From positions 66,351 through 130,350 of the forward strand of contig CAXXMV010000004.1 in NCBI GenBank assembly GCA_963662285.2: DNA of 64,000 nt. The letters are read 5' to 3'. Position numbers and translations under genes: made by a program. How positions within the stretch are numbered: the stretch's first letter is position 1; each line of letters opens with the position of its first letter. The notes under the pieces were generated by a model, which saw nothing but the letters and a program-made list of their open reading frames with translations, searched no databases and had not been told where the DNA came from. The stretch is from a bacterium. Its GTDB lineage: Bacteria > Hinthialibacterota > Hinthialibacteria > Hinthialibacterales > Hinthialibacteraceae. Of the stretch, positions 37,918 to 47,791 are shown piece after piece.

Positions 37918-40281
37918 ATGCTTTCAAATAAACATCACTTCATTTCTATCTATTTGGTTTTTGGTCTAATCATGGTGTGTTGTTCTGCTTTTGGACAGTC
38001 AACGGGTGATAAGCCAGTTTATCTTGATTCCGGTCAGCCAATTGACAAAAGGGTCGAAGACTTGCTATCCCGAATGACTTTGGAGGAAAAAGTCGGGCAG
38101 ATGAATATGCCCTGTTTGTATAAGCAGCGTATGGGCTGGGGTCTTGGTGTGGGAGATGTCTCATTACACCGGTTGATGACGCTTGAAGAACGCCAGAAAC
38201 AGATGGAGGGATGCAGGAAATTCGCCAGAGGTAATCATAATGATGAGATAGGTCCGGGAGGTGGGTTTTTTACGCTGGCCGATAGGATCATCTATGAAGG
38301 CACTCGTAAGCAGGCTGAGTTTTTTAATGAACTTCAGAGAATTGCTGCTGAAGAATCACGATTGAAGATACCAGTGCTTCAGATAGAAGAAGGGACGCAT
38401 GGTCTGATGTGCGCTGGCGGCACGGTATTCCCAGAAGGGCTGGCCATCGGGGCAACCTGGAATAAGGAATTGGTGAGAAAAATCTATACAGTCGTAGCGA
38501 AAGAAGGACGCGCTACAGGTATACACGTTCTGTGTACGCTTGTGATAGAGCCAAATCGAGATCCACGCATGGGACGGAATGAAGAGGGCTATAGTGAGGA
38601 CCCCTATCTCTGCTCCTGCATCGCTGAGGCCATCGTGACCAGTATGCAGGGATATGACGTCTCCGGGAAAGATAAGGTTGTGGCGGCGCTTTGTCATTAT
38701 CCGGGTCAGAGTGAACCGGAGAGCGGCTTTGAGCGGGGCGCTTTTAAGGTATCGGAACGAAAACTGAGGGAAGTATTTCTGCCTCCCTGGGTGACGGGAA
38801 TCAAGAAACACGGCGCCTTGGCCGTCATGGCGACCTATCCCGCCATCAATGGCATTGCGACACACAGTTCGCCGTTTTTGCTGAAACAACTGCTCAGAGA
38901 AGAACTGGGCTTTGACGGTATTGTGCTGAGTGAGGGAAGAGGGATCAGCACCATCATCGATGAGTGCATTGTCGACACGCAAAAAGAGGCGGGACAGATC
39001 GCTGCGAACTCCGGCGTCGATGTAGGCATCTCATTTGAAGATGCCTATATGGCTCCACTGGTGGAGAGCGTCCATGAAGGCAAGGTCTCCATGCAGGCAA
39101 TTGATGAAGCCGTTGGCCATATCCTGAAACTGAAATTCCGTTTAGGCCTTTTTGAAAATCCCTATGTTGACGTCGAGGAAGCGGTGATGGCCGTTCATAG
39201 CGAAGAACATCAGGAACTGGCTTTGGACGCGGCGCGGGAGAGTATTGTCCTCCTGAAAAATGAGAGCAATCTTCTGCCGCTTAAAAAGAACATCGAATCC
39301 ATTGCCGTGATTGGCCCGAACGCCGATGCTGGAAAAAACCAGCTGGGTGATTATATCCCCCACAACATTCCTCAAGAGATTGTTACTGTTGTTAATGGTA
39401 TTAGAAATAAAGTATCCACTGAAACGAAAGTGACCTATGTTAAGGGATGTGAGGTTATCGGGGATAAACTGAATGAAATTTCAGAAGCAGTGAAAGCCGC
39501 CAGGAATGCTGATGTCGCCGTCGTGGTTGTTGGTGAAGACGGGTATGGCACCAACGGCGAAGGTAGAGACGTCGGAGATTTGGATCTGACCGGACTACAG
39601 CAGGACCTGGTCAAGGCAGTCTATGCAACCGGGACGCCTACTATTGTAGTGCTGATCAATGGCAGACCCTTGTCGATCCGCTGGACGGCGGAGAATGTTC
39701 CTGCCATCGTCGAAGCCTGGATGTGCGGCGAACAGGGCGGTAACGCTATTGCTGATGTATTGTTCGGTGACTATAACCCTTGCGGACGCTTGCCGATCAC
39801 GGTTCCGTATCACGTTGGGCAACTTCCCGTTTATTACAACCACATGCCTTCAAAAACAGGGAAGAAGTATATAAATATGACGGGAAAGCCGCTTTATGAA
39901 TTTGGCTATGGATTAAGTTACACGAATTATGAGTACAGCAACTTGCAGATTAGCCCCATGGCAATCAAATCCGCTGGTGAAGTAACTGTTACCGTAGATG
40001 TCGAGAATGTCGGTAAGCGTGCAGGCAAAGAGGTTGTTCAACTGTATATCAATGATGCGCTGAGCAGTGTATCTACACCGGTAAAAGAACTGAAAGGATT
40101 TGAAAAAGTAACCTTGAAAGCCGGAGAAAAGAAGAGAGTCGCATTTAAACTTACATCCGAAGACATCCGTCTTTTAGACAGAAATATGGAATGGAAAGTC
40201 GAACCAGGCGCTTTTGAGGTTATGGTCGGAAGGTCATCTCAGGATATTCGGCTCAAGGGAAAATTCGAAGTAATCGAATAA
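37918..40281 (+). CDS. GH3 beta-glucosidase/xylosidase (BglX-like)
   Basis: RVEDLLSRMTLEEKVGQ, RDPRMGRNEEGYSEDP, ESIVLLKN, PLYEFGYGLSY, Fn3-like C-terminus. Confidence 0.9.
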   Translation: MLSNKHHFISIYLVFGLIMVCCSAFGQSTGDKPVYLDSGQPIDKRVEDLLSRMTLEEKVGQMNMPCLYKQRMGWGLGVGDVSLHRLMTLEERQKQMEGCRKFARGNHNDEIGPGGGFFTLADRIIYEGTRKQAEFFNELQRIAAEESRLKIPVLQIEEGTHGLMCAGGTVFPEGLAIGATWNKELVRKIYTVVAKEGRATGIHVLCTLVIEPNRDPRMGRNEEGYSEDPYLCSCIAEAIVTSMQGYDVSGKDKVVAALCHYPGQSEPESGFERGAFKVSERKLREVFLPPWVTGIKKHGALAVMATYPAINGIATHSSPFLLKQLLREELGFDGIVLSEGRGISTIIDECIVDTQKEAGQIAANSGVDVGISFEDAYMAPLVESVHEGKVSMQAIDEAVGHILKLKFRLGLFENPYVDVEEAVMAVHSEEHQELALDAARESIVLLKNESNLLPLKKNIESIAVIGPNADAGKNQLGDYIPHNIPQEIVTVVNGIRNKVSTETKVTYVKGCEVIGDKLNEISEAVKAARNADVAVVVVGEDGYGTNGEGRDVGDLDLTGLQQDLVKAVYATGTPTIVVLINGRPLSIRWTAENVPAIVEAWMCGEQGGNAIADVLFGDYNPCGRLPITVPYHVGQLPVYYNHMPSKTGKKYINMTGKPLYEFGYGLSYTNYEYSNLQISPMAIKSAGEVTVTVDVENVGKRAGKEVVQLYINDALSSVSTPVKELKGFEKVTLKAGEKKRVAFKLTSEDIRLLDRNMEWKVEPGAFEVMVGRSSQDIRLKGKFEVIE

Positions 40282-40283
40282 CA
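40201..40283 (+). repeat. 83-bp direct repeat, copy 1 (3' end of the GH3 gene)
   Basis: Matches 41235-41317 with two mismatches. Confidence 0.9.
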
Positions 40284-40300
40284 GTTGTCAATGAGAAAGG

Positions 40301-41197
40301 TTGATTGAACGAATGGGAAGAATAACCACAGATTTGATCCTTTTGATATCCGTGTTGTTTGTGTTGAATAGCAACCATTGTTTTTCACGCGAAAATGGTT
40401 TTTCTTTCAAACCAGAGACGTTGAAGATTGGTGATTATACCTATCAATCGGTTGTTGATGACATGGAAGGCATGACGTTCCACATTGACCGGGCAGGCGA
40501 AACTATTTACTCATGCACCAAATATTATGCTGTATGCAATGTAATGCCTGTTGGAGTGGCGGGAGATATAACCAACGATGGAACACCCGAACTTGTGATT
40601 GAATCTTATTCCGGTGGAGCACATTGCTGCTTTGGATATTACGTCTTTTCATTGGGACACGAACTGGAACGGATTGTTTATTTGGATGGTATCGATGCCC
40701 AGTTCGAAATAAGAGATTTGGATGGAGATCAAGAATACGAGTTCATAGGGCGTGATGATACATTCAATTATTGGAACGCCTGTCATGCCGATTCACCTTT
40801 CCCCCTGGTTATTCTAAGGTATGAAGGCGGCGCATTGCGATTTGCGGATGAATTAATAAGCCAAATGAATCCCGCTCCTGAAATAGTCATGAAGAGACTT
40901 GATGGGATTTGTGCGCATATGAAAACTTTGGAGAAATCACCCATGCGTTTTAATACAGGATTTTTCATGGATTTTCATCCTCCGCTTTGGTCTTCCATGC
41001 TGGATTTAATCTATACCGGAAGCGGGGATAAGGCATGGATATTTTATGACCTGGCATGGCCTGAAAAGAAAATTGGGAAAGATAAATTTCTTAATGAATT
41101 TAAAAAGCAGTTACAAAAAAGCCCCTATTGGGACGAGTTGAAGCGAATCAATGGATGGCAAAAAATTGAACCTAAATCTCCGTCCGCAGCCGGTTAA
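40301..41197 (+). CDS. secreted hypothetical protein with FG-GAP-like calcium loops
   Basis: Signal-like N-terminus; GDITNDGTPELVIESYSGGAHCC, DLDGDQEYE. Confidence 0.65.
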   Translation: MIERMGRITTDLILLISVLFVLNSNHCFSRENGFSFKPETLKIGDYTYQSVVDDMEGMTFHIDRAGETIYSCTKYYAVCNVMPVGVAGDITNDGTPELVIESYSGGAHCCFGYYVFSLGHELERIVYLDGIDAQFEIRDLDGDQEYEFIGRDDTFNYWNACHADSPFPLVILRYEGGALRFADELISQMNPAPEIVMKRLDGICAHMKTLEKSPMRFNTGFFMDFHPPLWSSMLDLIYTGSGDKAWIFYDLAWPEKKIGKDKFLNEFKKQLQKSPYWDELKRINGWQKIEPKSPSAAG

Positions 41198-41234
41198 AGA
41201 AATACACCGTCAAGAAGAAGCAGATCATGTTAGG

Positions 41235-41317
41235 GAACCAGGCGCTTTTGAGGTTATGGTCGGAAGGTCATCTCAGGATATTTGGCTCAAGGGAAAATTC
41301 GAAGTAATAGAATAACA
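41235..41317 (+). repeat. 83-bp direct repeat, copy 2
   Basis: gaaccaggcgcttttgaggttatggtcgg...gaataaca. Confidence 0.9.
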
Positions 41318-41466
41318 ATCAGTAAAATCAGTCCAGGGCGAATGTTATCAGCCTTTTTAAGGAATGATACGGAATATATCTCTATAGAGAGAGAAAGTTT
41401 AACGAGTATTACGCTTTTGCATTGATTTTGCTGGATTTACGTATTCTATTAATTCGTCTTCGCTTC

Positions 41467-41552
41467 TAGAGCGTCAGTCATCATGACATTTATATTAGCG
41501 TATCGAAGACTAAAGATGATAATAAACGAACCTAATTATGACACCCGTTATA
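41467..41552. mobile_element. degenerate MITE copy
   Basis: tcgaagactaaagatgataataaacgaac matches the internal and right part of 23446-23559. Confidence 0.5.
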
Positions 41553-41797
41553 ATTGGCTTCTGCAACGGATTAAAAATAGCCCTGATGCAAATTTACAAA
41601 TATATTGAAAAGAAAACAACAAAAATCCAGTAATAATAAACGCTTGCCCTTACAAAATTATCCTGATATTTTAAAAAATGATTTAGCAATTGCTCTAACG
41701 TCCTACTGGACGAGCGGCGAATGGTTCCGTAAAATCAATCTAAATATGTTGCTTTATATAAGTATGAATAAAGAGATGGAATGGTGAATTAATAGAA

Positions 41798-42478
41798 ATG
41801 ACTAAAAATATTATTATCTCATTTCTGGGGATTGTTTTGTTATTCACTGGCTGCTCGGATAAGCAGGGTGAATTGGTGGATAAAAAAACTGATTCATCTT
41901 CTGCATCTCAGGTGGTGGATGCAAAAGAGTCTACTAACGTATTGGAAACAGGAAAACCAGCTGATCCAACTAACTTATCATCTAGTCATGATGCTAAACC
42001 AGTTGTGCGTGGAAATACAGCTGAGGTTGCGTATTTAAGGTTTACTATCGATGCTTCGTGGCGCCTGGAGCAACCAAAAAGCGCCATGCGTGCGGCGCAA
42101 TTCCTGCTGCCAGCAGCTAACAGTGAACTTGGTGATGGAGAGTTGGCTATATTTACAGGAATCTTTGGAACCCCGGAAGCTAATATTCAACGATGGATAG
42201 GTCAATTTAAGAAACTTAATAGTAAACCGGAGATTGTTAAAAAAACTGTGGGGACTTTGAATGTCCAGGTTTTGGATGTGTCGGGCATCCTGGGCGATAC
42301 AATGGGAACAATGGTCAACGCAACTGAGGACGAATCTGATTCTAGAATGATTGCTATGGTGGTAGATGGTCAGTCCAAGGGACCATGGTATTTTAAGTTG
42401 ATTGGACCAGTTGAGACGCTCGAACATTGGAAACAAACTTTTGATGAAATGATTGATTCGCTGGAACCGATTGAATAA
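41798..42478 (+). CDS. conserved hypothetical lipoprotein
   Basis: Lipobox LFTGC; MRAAQFLLP...EANIQRWIGQF...WYFKLIGP. Confidence 0.7.
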   Translation: MTKNIIISFLGIVLLFTGCSDKQGELVDKKTDSSSASQVVDAKESTNVLETGKPADPTNLSSSHDAKPVVRGNTAEVAYLRFTIDASWRLEQPKSAMRAAQFLLPAANSELGDGELAIFTGIFGTPEANIQRWIGQFKKLNSKPEIVKKTVGTLNVQVLDVSGILGDTMGTMVNATEDESDSRMIAMVVDGQSKGPWYFKLIGPVETLEHWKQTFDEMIDSLEPIE

Positions 42479-42507
42479 GAAATTTTGCAATCTTATAAAC
42501 CGGGTAA

Positions 42508-42831
42508 ATGGAGTTACTAATGGATAAGAAATCGGTAATAAGAAAATCGGATTTCATCATCGAGATAGCCGATAAAATGGAACTGTCTAATGAGAAAGCC
42601 AAAGAGGTAGTGGAATCATTATTCAAAGGAATTATTCAGAGCGTTAAACGTGGACCAGTCAGGATTCCGGGCTTCGGCGTTTTTCGAACTGCGCATCGCA
42701 GCGCCAGGAAAGGTCGTAATCCCCGTACTGGTGAAATCATTGATATCGATTCAACTACTTACCCGATATTTGTCCCGGATGAAAAGTTGAATGCTCTTAT
42801 AGAAGGACGTAAGAAAAAATCCAAGATATAA
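42508..42831 (+). CDS. hup: HU-family DNA-binding protein
   Basis: VRIPGFGVF, RSARKGRNPRTGE, PIFVP. Confidence 0.85.
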   Translation: MELLMDKKSVIRKSDFIIEIADKMELSNEKAKEVVESLFKGIIQSVKRGPVRIPGFGVFRTAHRSARKGRNPRTGEIIDIDSTTYPIFVPDEKLNALIEGRKKKSKI

Positions 42832-42864
42832 TCCAAGAAATAAAGAGTTGAGAGGTATACCAAT

Positions 42865-44391
42865 ATGAAAAAAAGCGTCTTTTATATTTGGACGGTTTGC
42901 CTTTTTGTTTTGCTTGCCGGATCGTTATGTTCAGCGCAGGAATTTATCACTATCTATCCCGCTGAAGGGGAAACAATTCGTTTTCAGAATTTAGTGGATC
43001 AAGGTTTTCAATGGCAAGCGCCGCCCGGCGCCGGAACTTTCCAGGTTCGGCTGTTTGGACCTGATCCCTTTTTATCGCAAGTTCCATTTGAATCAGAAGC
43101 ATCGCCCTTGAAATTGGATGCTATTCTTGGGCGGTATTTTTCTGAAGGCTCTGAATTCCAGTGGCGCGTCGAAGAGGTCGATCAGGATGGTAATATTGTT
43201 AATACGTCAAATCAGTCAGGTTTTAAGATCAGCAACCAGACAACCATAATCCCCACGCCAACGCCGCGCGTCTGGCCTACTCCACCGGGTGATATTGATG
43301 GTTCGTCAAAAGTGGACGCCCGTGATTTATTTATTTTATCTTCAGCATGGGTTAATCCAGATGGAAACCTGCGCGCAGGAGATTTGAATCAGGATTCCAT
43401 TATCAACTGGAAAGATTTGCTGATTTACAATCAACGGTATGGCGATCCCGCCCCGACGCCAACGCCTGCTCCTCCAATCGGCATGCCTCAGAATGTTCAA
43501 ATTACTCCCAAGGAAAAAGTTACTACATCAGAGACGCCCAGTCTGACTATTAAATGGTCTGCGCCGTTGTATCCGCCGGAAGGGCAAATTCTCTACGATA
43601 TTCTTATTCTGCCGCCTTATGGAGATAATATAGAATTTAACGGGACTACCGAAACTATTTATCAGCCATTCGCCAAAGGAATAACAACCCGCACCGGACC
43701 ATATAAAGTTTTCATCCGTGCGCGGATTGATGGCGTGGGTGAAAGCAATATCGCTGTCGGCGCGTTTGAAATTGTGTTGTATATTCCTGATCCGCCTACA
43801 CCTACTCCAGTTCCGCAAACGCCCGATATTTCATCCAATTCGGTAACTGATGTACTTGATGTGGCGCTGTTTACCAAGGCGTTTGGAACATACAAAGTGC
43901 ATGTTCAATTTAATTCCCTGGCCGATTTGCATACCGACGAGAAAATAGACCGTTTGGATTTACTGCTGTTTCAGCAGTACTATGCGGAGCGTCATCAGAC
44001 CATTTCCGCTCCTCAGTGGATCAAAGCTGAAATCCCGGTCATTACCGGTCCGGTGCTGGAAGCGCCAAGCGAGTTCATTACCGTTGAATTACATGAACCT
44101 TATGATTTGAATATGGGGATTTCCGGAGACCAGAACGGTTTGGTGGAAGCGCTTTATACCAAGTTATACTTTTCTGCGGTTGATGGCGCCATCGATTATT
44201 TTGTCACAATGGATTATCAGAAACGTGGAATTCACCTGGAGTTTTTTACAGGAGGTGCGGCTTATTTCGATCAGAAGATGATTCCCATTGGTCATGATGA
44301 AATTATTTCTATTGTAGTACAGGCTGCTGGAGAAGGATTGCAATTGGGAGAGAATAGCCAAACCCTGAATGTGATTATTCCTGCAAATTGA
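42865..44391 (+). CDS. secreted protein with two dockerin-like (EF-hand) modules, Pro/Thr linkers and Fn3-like domains
   Basis: GDIDGSSKVDARDL, GDLNQDSIINWKDL, ADLHTDEKIDRLDL; PTPTP linkers; signal peptide. Confidence 0.7.
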   Translation: MKKSVFYIWTVCLFVLLAGSLCSAQEFITIYPAEGETIRFQNLVDQGFQWQAPPGAGTFQVRLFGPDPFLSQVPFESEASPLKLDAILGRYFSEGSEFQWRVEEVDQDGNIVNTSNQSGFKISNQTTIIPTPTPRVWPTPPGDIDGSSKVDARDLFILSSAWVNPDGNLRAGDLNQDSIINWKDLLIYNQRYGDPAPTPTPAPPIGMPQNVQITPKEKVTTSETPSLTIKWSAPLYPPEGQILYDILILPPYGDNIEFNGTTETIYQPFAKGITTRTGPYKVFIRARIDGVGESNIAVGAFEIVLYIPDPPTPTPVPQTPDISSNSVTDVLDVALFTKAFGTYKVHVQFNSLADLHTDEKIDRLDLLLFQQYYAERHQTISAPQWIKAEIPVITGPVLEAPSEFITVELHEPYDLNMGISGDQNGLVEALYTKLYFSAVDGAIDYFVTMDYQKRGIHLEFFTGGAAYFDQKMIPIGHDEIISIVVQAAGEGLQLGENSQTLNVIIPAN

Positions 44392-44473
44392 TTGATGGTC
44401 TTTTGAACCTTTTTTGTTTTGGAAAGTGGAAGAGGAGAAACCGTTTCTTCTACGAAACGTTAGCATATATAGC

Positions 44474-45496
44474 ATGTCAAAACGCATTTTAATAAGAATT
44501 CCAAATTGGCTGGGCGACGCGGTTATGGCGACCGCCGCAGTTAATGCTTATCATGAGCGTCATCCGGAGGATATTATAACCCTGCTTGGTTCTCCGGCCA
44601 TGCTGACGGTTTTTTCATCATCCTATAATCCATACAATCTGATCCCTTTTGATAGAGAAAAAAATGATTCAGGATTGCGCGGTCTGTCGCGCATCAGTTC
44701 CATGCTGCGTGATGAGTATTACGATGCGGGATATCTGTTGACCAACTCATTCTCATCCGCCCTGATGATGTATCTGGGCAAAATACCCGAACGGATCGGA
44801 TACCGTGGGCATTTTCGTTCTGCTTTGCTTACCGACGTGGTAACGCCTCTTCAATCGCATACGCATCAAATCCAGCATTATTCATATTTATTGAATGGGG
44901 CTGAGGATCAAATACCCGCGCCTAAGATTCTCGTTTCTCCTGAAGAAAGAGAGAAGGCGAGGCAGCTGCTCGAACAGGAGGAATGCCTGGGTCGTAATAG
45001 AATCGGCATGGCCATCGGCGCCGCTTATGGGCCGGCCAAGCAATGGCCGCTGGAGCGTTATAAGGATTTAGCCAGAGACTGCGTTGAGAAATTGGATGCC
45101 ACGGTTTTATTATTCGGCGGCAAGGCAGAGATTGACGCCGCTGAACAGATCAAGCAGGATGTTGGTGAATGCGTCATCAATCTGGCGGGGAAGACCACTT
45201 TGCGCCAGTTGCTTCCGCTTATTCAGCAATGCCAGGTAGTGGTATCCAATGATTCCGGAGTGATGCACGTTTCTGTCGCGGTCAAGACTCCGGTGGTGGC
45301 AATTTTCGGCTCGACTGATCCTTCAAAAACCGGTCCGCTGGGCGCTAATCATCAAGTGCTTTACAAGAATCTTCCCTGTTCTCCATGCTTCGAACGAACC
45401 TGCCGCTACCAGCATTTAGATTGTCTCAAAAAAATTGAGACGCAAGAAGTATTCAACAAGATCGAAGGCTTACTGATCCTGGCGGTAGCAAAATAA
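44474..45496 (+). CDS. waaF: ADP-heptose:LPS heptosyltransferase II (GT9)
   Basis: PNWLGDAVM, NSFSSA, GAAYGPAKQWP, SNDSGVMH, AIFGSTDP. Confidence 0.9.
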   Translation: MSKRILIRIPNWLGDAVMATAAVNAYHERHPEDIITLLGSPAMLTVFSSSYNPYNLIPFDREKNDSGLRGLSRISSMLRDEYYDAGYLLTNSFSSALMMYLGKIPERIGYRGHFRSALLTDVVTPLQSHTHQIQHYSYLLNGAEDQIPAPKILVSPEEREKARQLLEQEECLGRNRIGMAIGAAYGPAKQWPLERYKDLARDCVEKLDATVLLFGGKAEIDAAEQIKQDVGECVINLAGKTTLRQLLPLIQQCQVVVSNDSGVMHVSVAVKTPVVAIFGSTDPSKTGPLGANHQVLYKNLPCSPCFERTCRYQHLDCLKKIETQEVFNKIEGLLILAVAK

Positions 45497-45533
45497 ACGT
45501 CTTTATATTCTGGCGCTTAGTTTATGCGCTCCA

Positions 45534-46424
45534 TTAATTTGAATTTGAACCGCAACACTTTTTGTATTTCAATCCGCTGCCGCAGAAACAAGTATCATTA
45601 CGGCCGATTTTGTTTCTTTTTTCAATAATTTTGTCGTGTAATTTTTTCTCCTTTTTGGGATTGTGGGATTTTTTCTCTTTAATATTGAAACAAGCCCAGT
45701 TTTCCATTTCTCCGATTACATCTTGAATGAACTGATAACGTGGATTGTTCTGAAGGTCACAGAGAACTGATTCCTTTTCTCTTGATAGCGTATATTTTAA
45801 TTGCTCCATAGTTAAATAAAATGCATCAATCATTCCCTCATCATATACTTGCTCAATATAATGAGAAACTTCTTCCGGGTATAATTTATTTGAACACATA
45901 GCTAAGTTATCCCATACAACATCGGAATCATCTTTTGATAATTTCCCCTGGAAGAGACTTGTGTAATACTCCATAATCTCATCGCGAGACTTTTTCCCAC
46001 AGGCGACTAAAGTCAGTAATCCGCGGAGTGAGGCGCTTCGGACGTACTCATGTATTTCTTTGTTTTCTACCAATGCCTTCATCCGGGATGTATCTCCATG
46101 TGATACAGACGCCAGAATATTACCAAGATCCTCGGTAACTAGATCGCCGGTTATATCCAAAGAAATTTCCCCGGGAACTGAAAAAAAATCCACAATCAAA
46201 GGATAGGCTTTTTTTTCTCTAAACTGCGACAGAAAATAGATTGCATAGATATGAGCCATATCATCCGGATCATCCAACAATTCCTGCATGTGGTTAGCTG
46301 CGTATTCGATAATATTCAATAGTTCGGGGGTATATTGTTTTTGATTGTTAACAATTTTTTCGAGAACTTTTCGTGGGAAAACACCTTTGATATATCTGAG
46401 TTGTTCTACAAGGTTTTGCGTCAT
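45534..46424 (-). CDS. DUF1186-like protein with C-terminal SEC-C motif
   Basis: YAIYFLSQFRE, GDLVTEDL; KIGRNDTCFCGSGLKYKKCC. Confidence 0.8.
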   Translation of the reverse strand: MTQNLVEQLRYIKGVFPRKVLEKIVNNQKQYTPELLNIIEYAANHMQELLDDPDDMAHIYAIYFLSQFREKKAYPLIVDFFSVPGEISLDITGDLVTEDLGNILASVSHGDTSRMKALVENKEIHEYVRSASLRGLLTLVACGKKSRDEIMEYYTSLFQGKLSKDDSDVVWDNLAMCSNKLYPEEVSHYIEQVYDEGMIDAFYLTMEQLKYTLSREKESVLCDLQNNPRYQFIQDVIGEMENWACFNIKEKKSHNPKKEKKLHDKIIEKRNKIGRNDTCFCGSGLKYKKCCGSNSN

Positions 46425-46484
46425 GATTATTTAACCTGAAATTTTAACACTTTCATTCATTCATTCATTCATTCATTTATAGAA

Positions 46485-46530
46485 TAGAGCGATCATCGCC
46501 AATCAGAATGTTATTATGAAAACCACTCTA
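46485..46530 (-). mobile_element. internally deleted MITE copy (both ends retained)
   Basis: tagagcgat...gccaatcagaatgttattatgaaaaccactcta. Confidence 0.6.
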
Positions 46531-46743
46531 ACTCACGGAGCACGATTTGTAATACGTTGGAAATATTATGAACATTATAATATAGTATTGTCAAGAATGA
46601 TCTCATAGGGGAAAATATCCACGTAAAAAAAGAGGTAAACAATAAATAACCGTGTATGCAAATCGAAAGTGATTATATGCAATCCTAATTAAGATAATCC
46701 TTAACCTGAATAGAATCTTTCACTGACGTAAACCGGTTACGAA

Positions 46744-47313
46744 TTACGGGAAATCCAGAAACTCTTTCATATCACCAGGAATAGTTAGATCAAGGATTTG
46801 AGTAATAGCTGTTTTAGGAGTATCGGGATCGAGTCCTAGAGCATTTTTTAATTCTTCAAAATCGACGGAGTCATCCATGATATGCTTGTACATAAGTAAG
46901 TATTTCGTACCGAATTTGCTGGGGATTTTAGAGCTAAGCTTACTTAAATCTAATGTTTCAAGCCCACGATGACAAACCGGTTTATATTTATAGGTGAATA
47001 TTTCGGCTGCCTCCGGATTTTCTGAATCTATATTGTCGAAGATGAGTTTGGCGTAATCTGATTTTTGATTACTTAAGATATCCGCAGAAGTAATGAAATA
47101 TAAATTAAATCCGCCCATGCCTTTTACAGACTTTTTTATGTTAACTTGAACAAAAAATCCTTTGGCCTTTCGTCCATCCTCTGTTTGGATCGACACTAAA
47201 GCAGGCTTAATTTCTCGATTGTATGGATCGTATGCAGGGGGTTGGGGCTTCTTCTGGCAGGCGATTAGAAATGCAATACCGATAAGGCAAAGTGAGAATC
47301 TGGATTGGTTCAT
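46744..47313 (-). CDS. hypothetical lipoprotein
   Basis: Lipobox LIAC; RBS aaggag. Confidence 0.6.
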   Translation of the reverse strand: MNQSRFSLCLIGIAFLIACQKKPQPPAYDPYNREIKPALVSIQTEDGRKAKGFFVQVNIKKSVKGMGGFNLYFITSADILSNQKSDYAKLIFDNIDSENPEAAEIFTYKYKPVCHRGLETLDLSKLSSKIPSKFGTKYLLMYKHIMDDSVDFEELKNALGLDPDTPKTAITQILDLTIPGDMKEFLDFP

Positions 47314-47476
47314 ACCATCTCCTTTTGATTTACCCGGTTTGCGTTTGATAATGTTGGATGGAGCGGATTTCTACAAATATACTCGTCTATTATGCAAATC
47401 AACTTAGTAAATACAAGCAAGGGTAGGGCTGCGCCATACCCTTGCTATCTATCTGTTATGATATATCTCACTACTA

Positions 47477-47770
47477 TTATTCCATTGTTAAAAGAGAGTC
47501 CATTCCGGCAATCTTGAATACCTTTTTGACGTTAGGACCCATATTTATTATGGAAAAACGGTCTACTCCGACTTTTTGAAAAGATGATAGACAAATCCGC
47601 AAAAAAGAAGAAGCCACGAATTCAACTTCTTTCAAATCGAATTCGATAGGTTTCTCTGTTTCAGCAATTTGTTTCATCAAATCACTTTCAATTTTCGAGC
47701 AATTAAAAGAGTCGAGTCGTGATTCAAAAACGACGCATAGTTTATCATCGGTCAGGTTAAATTGAGTCAT
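47477..47770 (-). CDS. STAS domain / anti-sigma factor antagonist
   Basis: RLDSFN, FDLKEVEFVASSFLR, NVKKVFKIAG. Confidence 0.85.
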   Translation of the reverse strand: MTQFNLTDDKLCVVFESRLDSFNCSKIESDLMKQIAETEKPIEFDLKEVEFVASSFLRICLSSFQKVGVDRFSIINMGPNVKKVFKIAGMDSLLTME

Positions 47771-47791
47771 GGGTATTCTCCTAAAGAAATA

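Noticed and set aside
41605-41787. Small ORF or structured RNA upstream of the lipoprotein-HU run
   Set aside because: TTG start, no recognisable motif, only a short hairpin; insufficient support
46452-46476. (TTCA)n microsatellite upstream of the DUF1186 gene as a phase-variation switch
   Set aside because: Only about six units, non-coding, and no evidence of length variation from a single sequence
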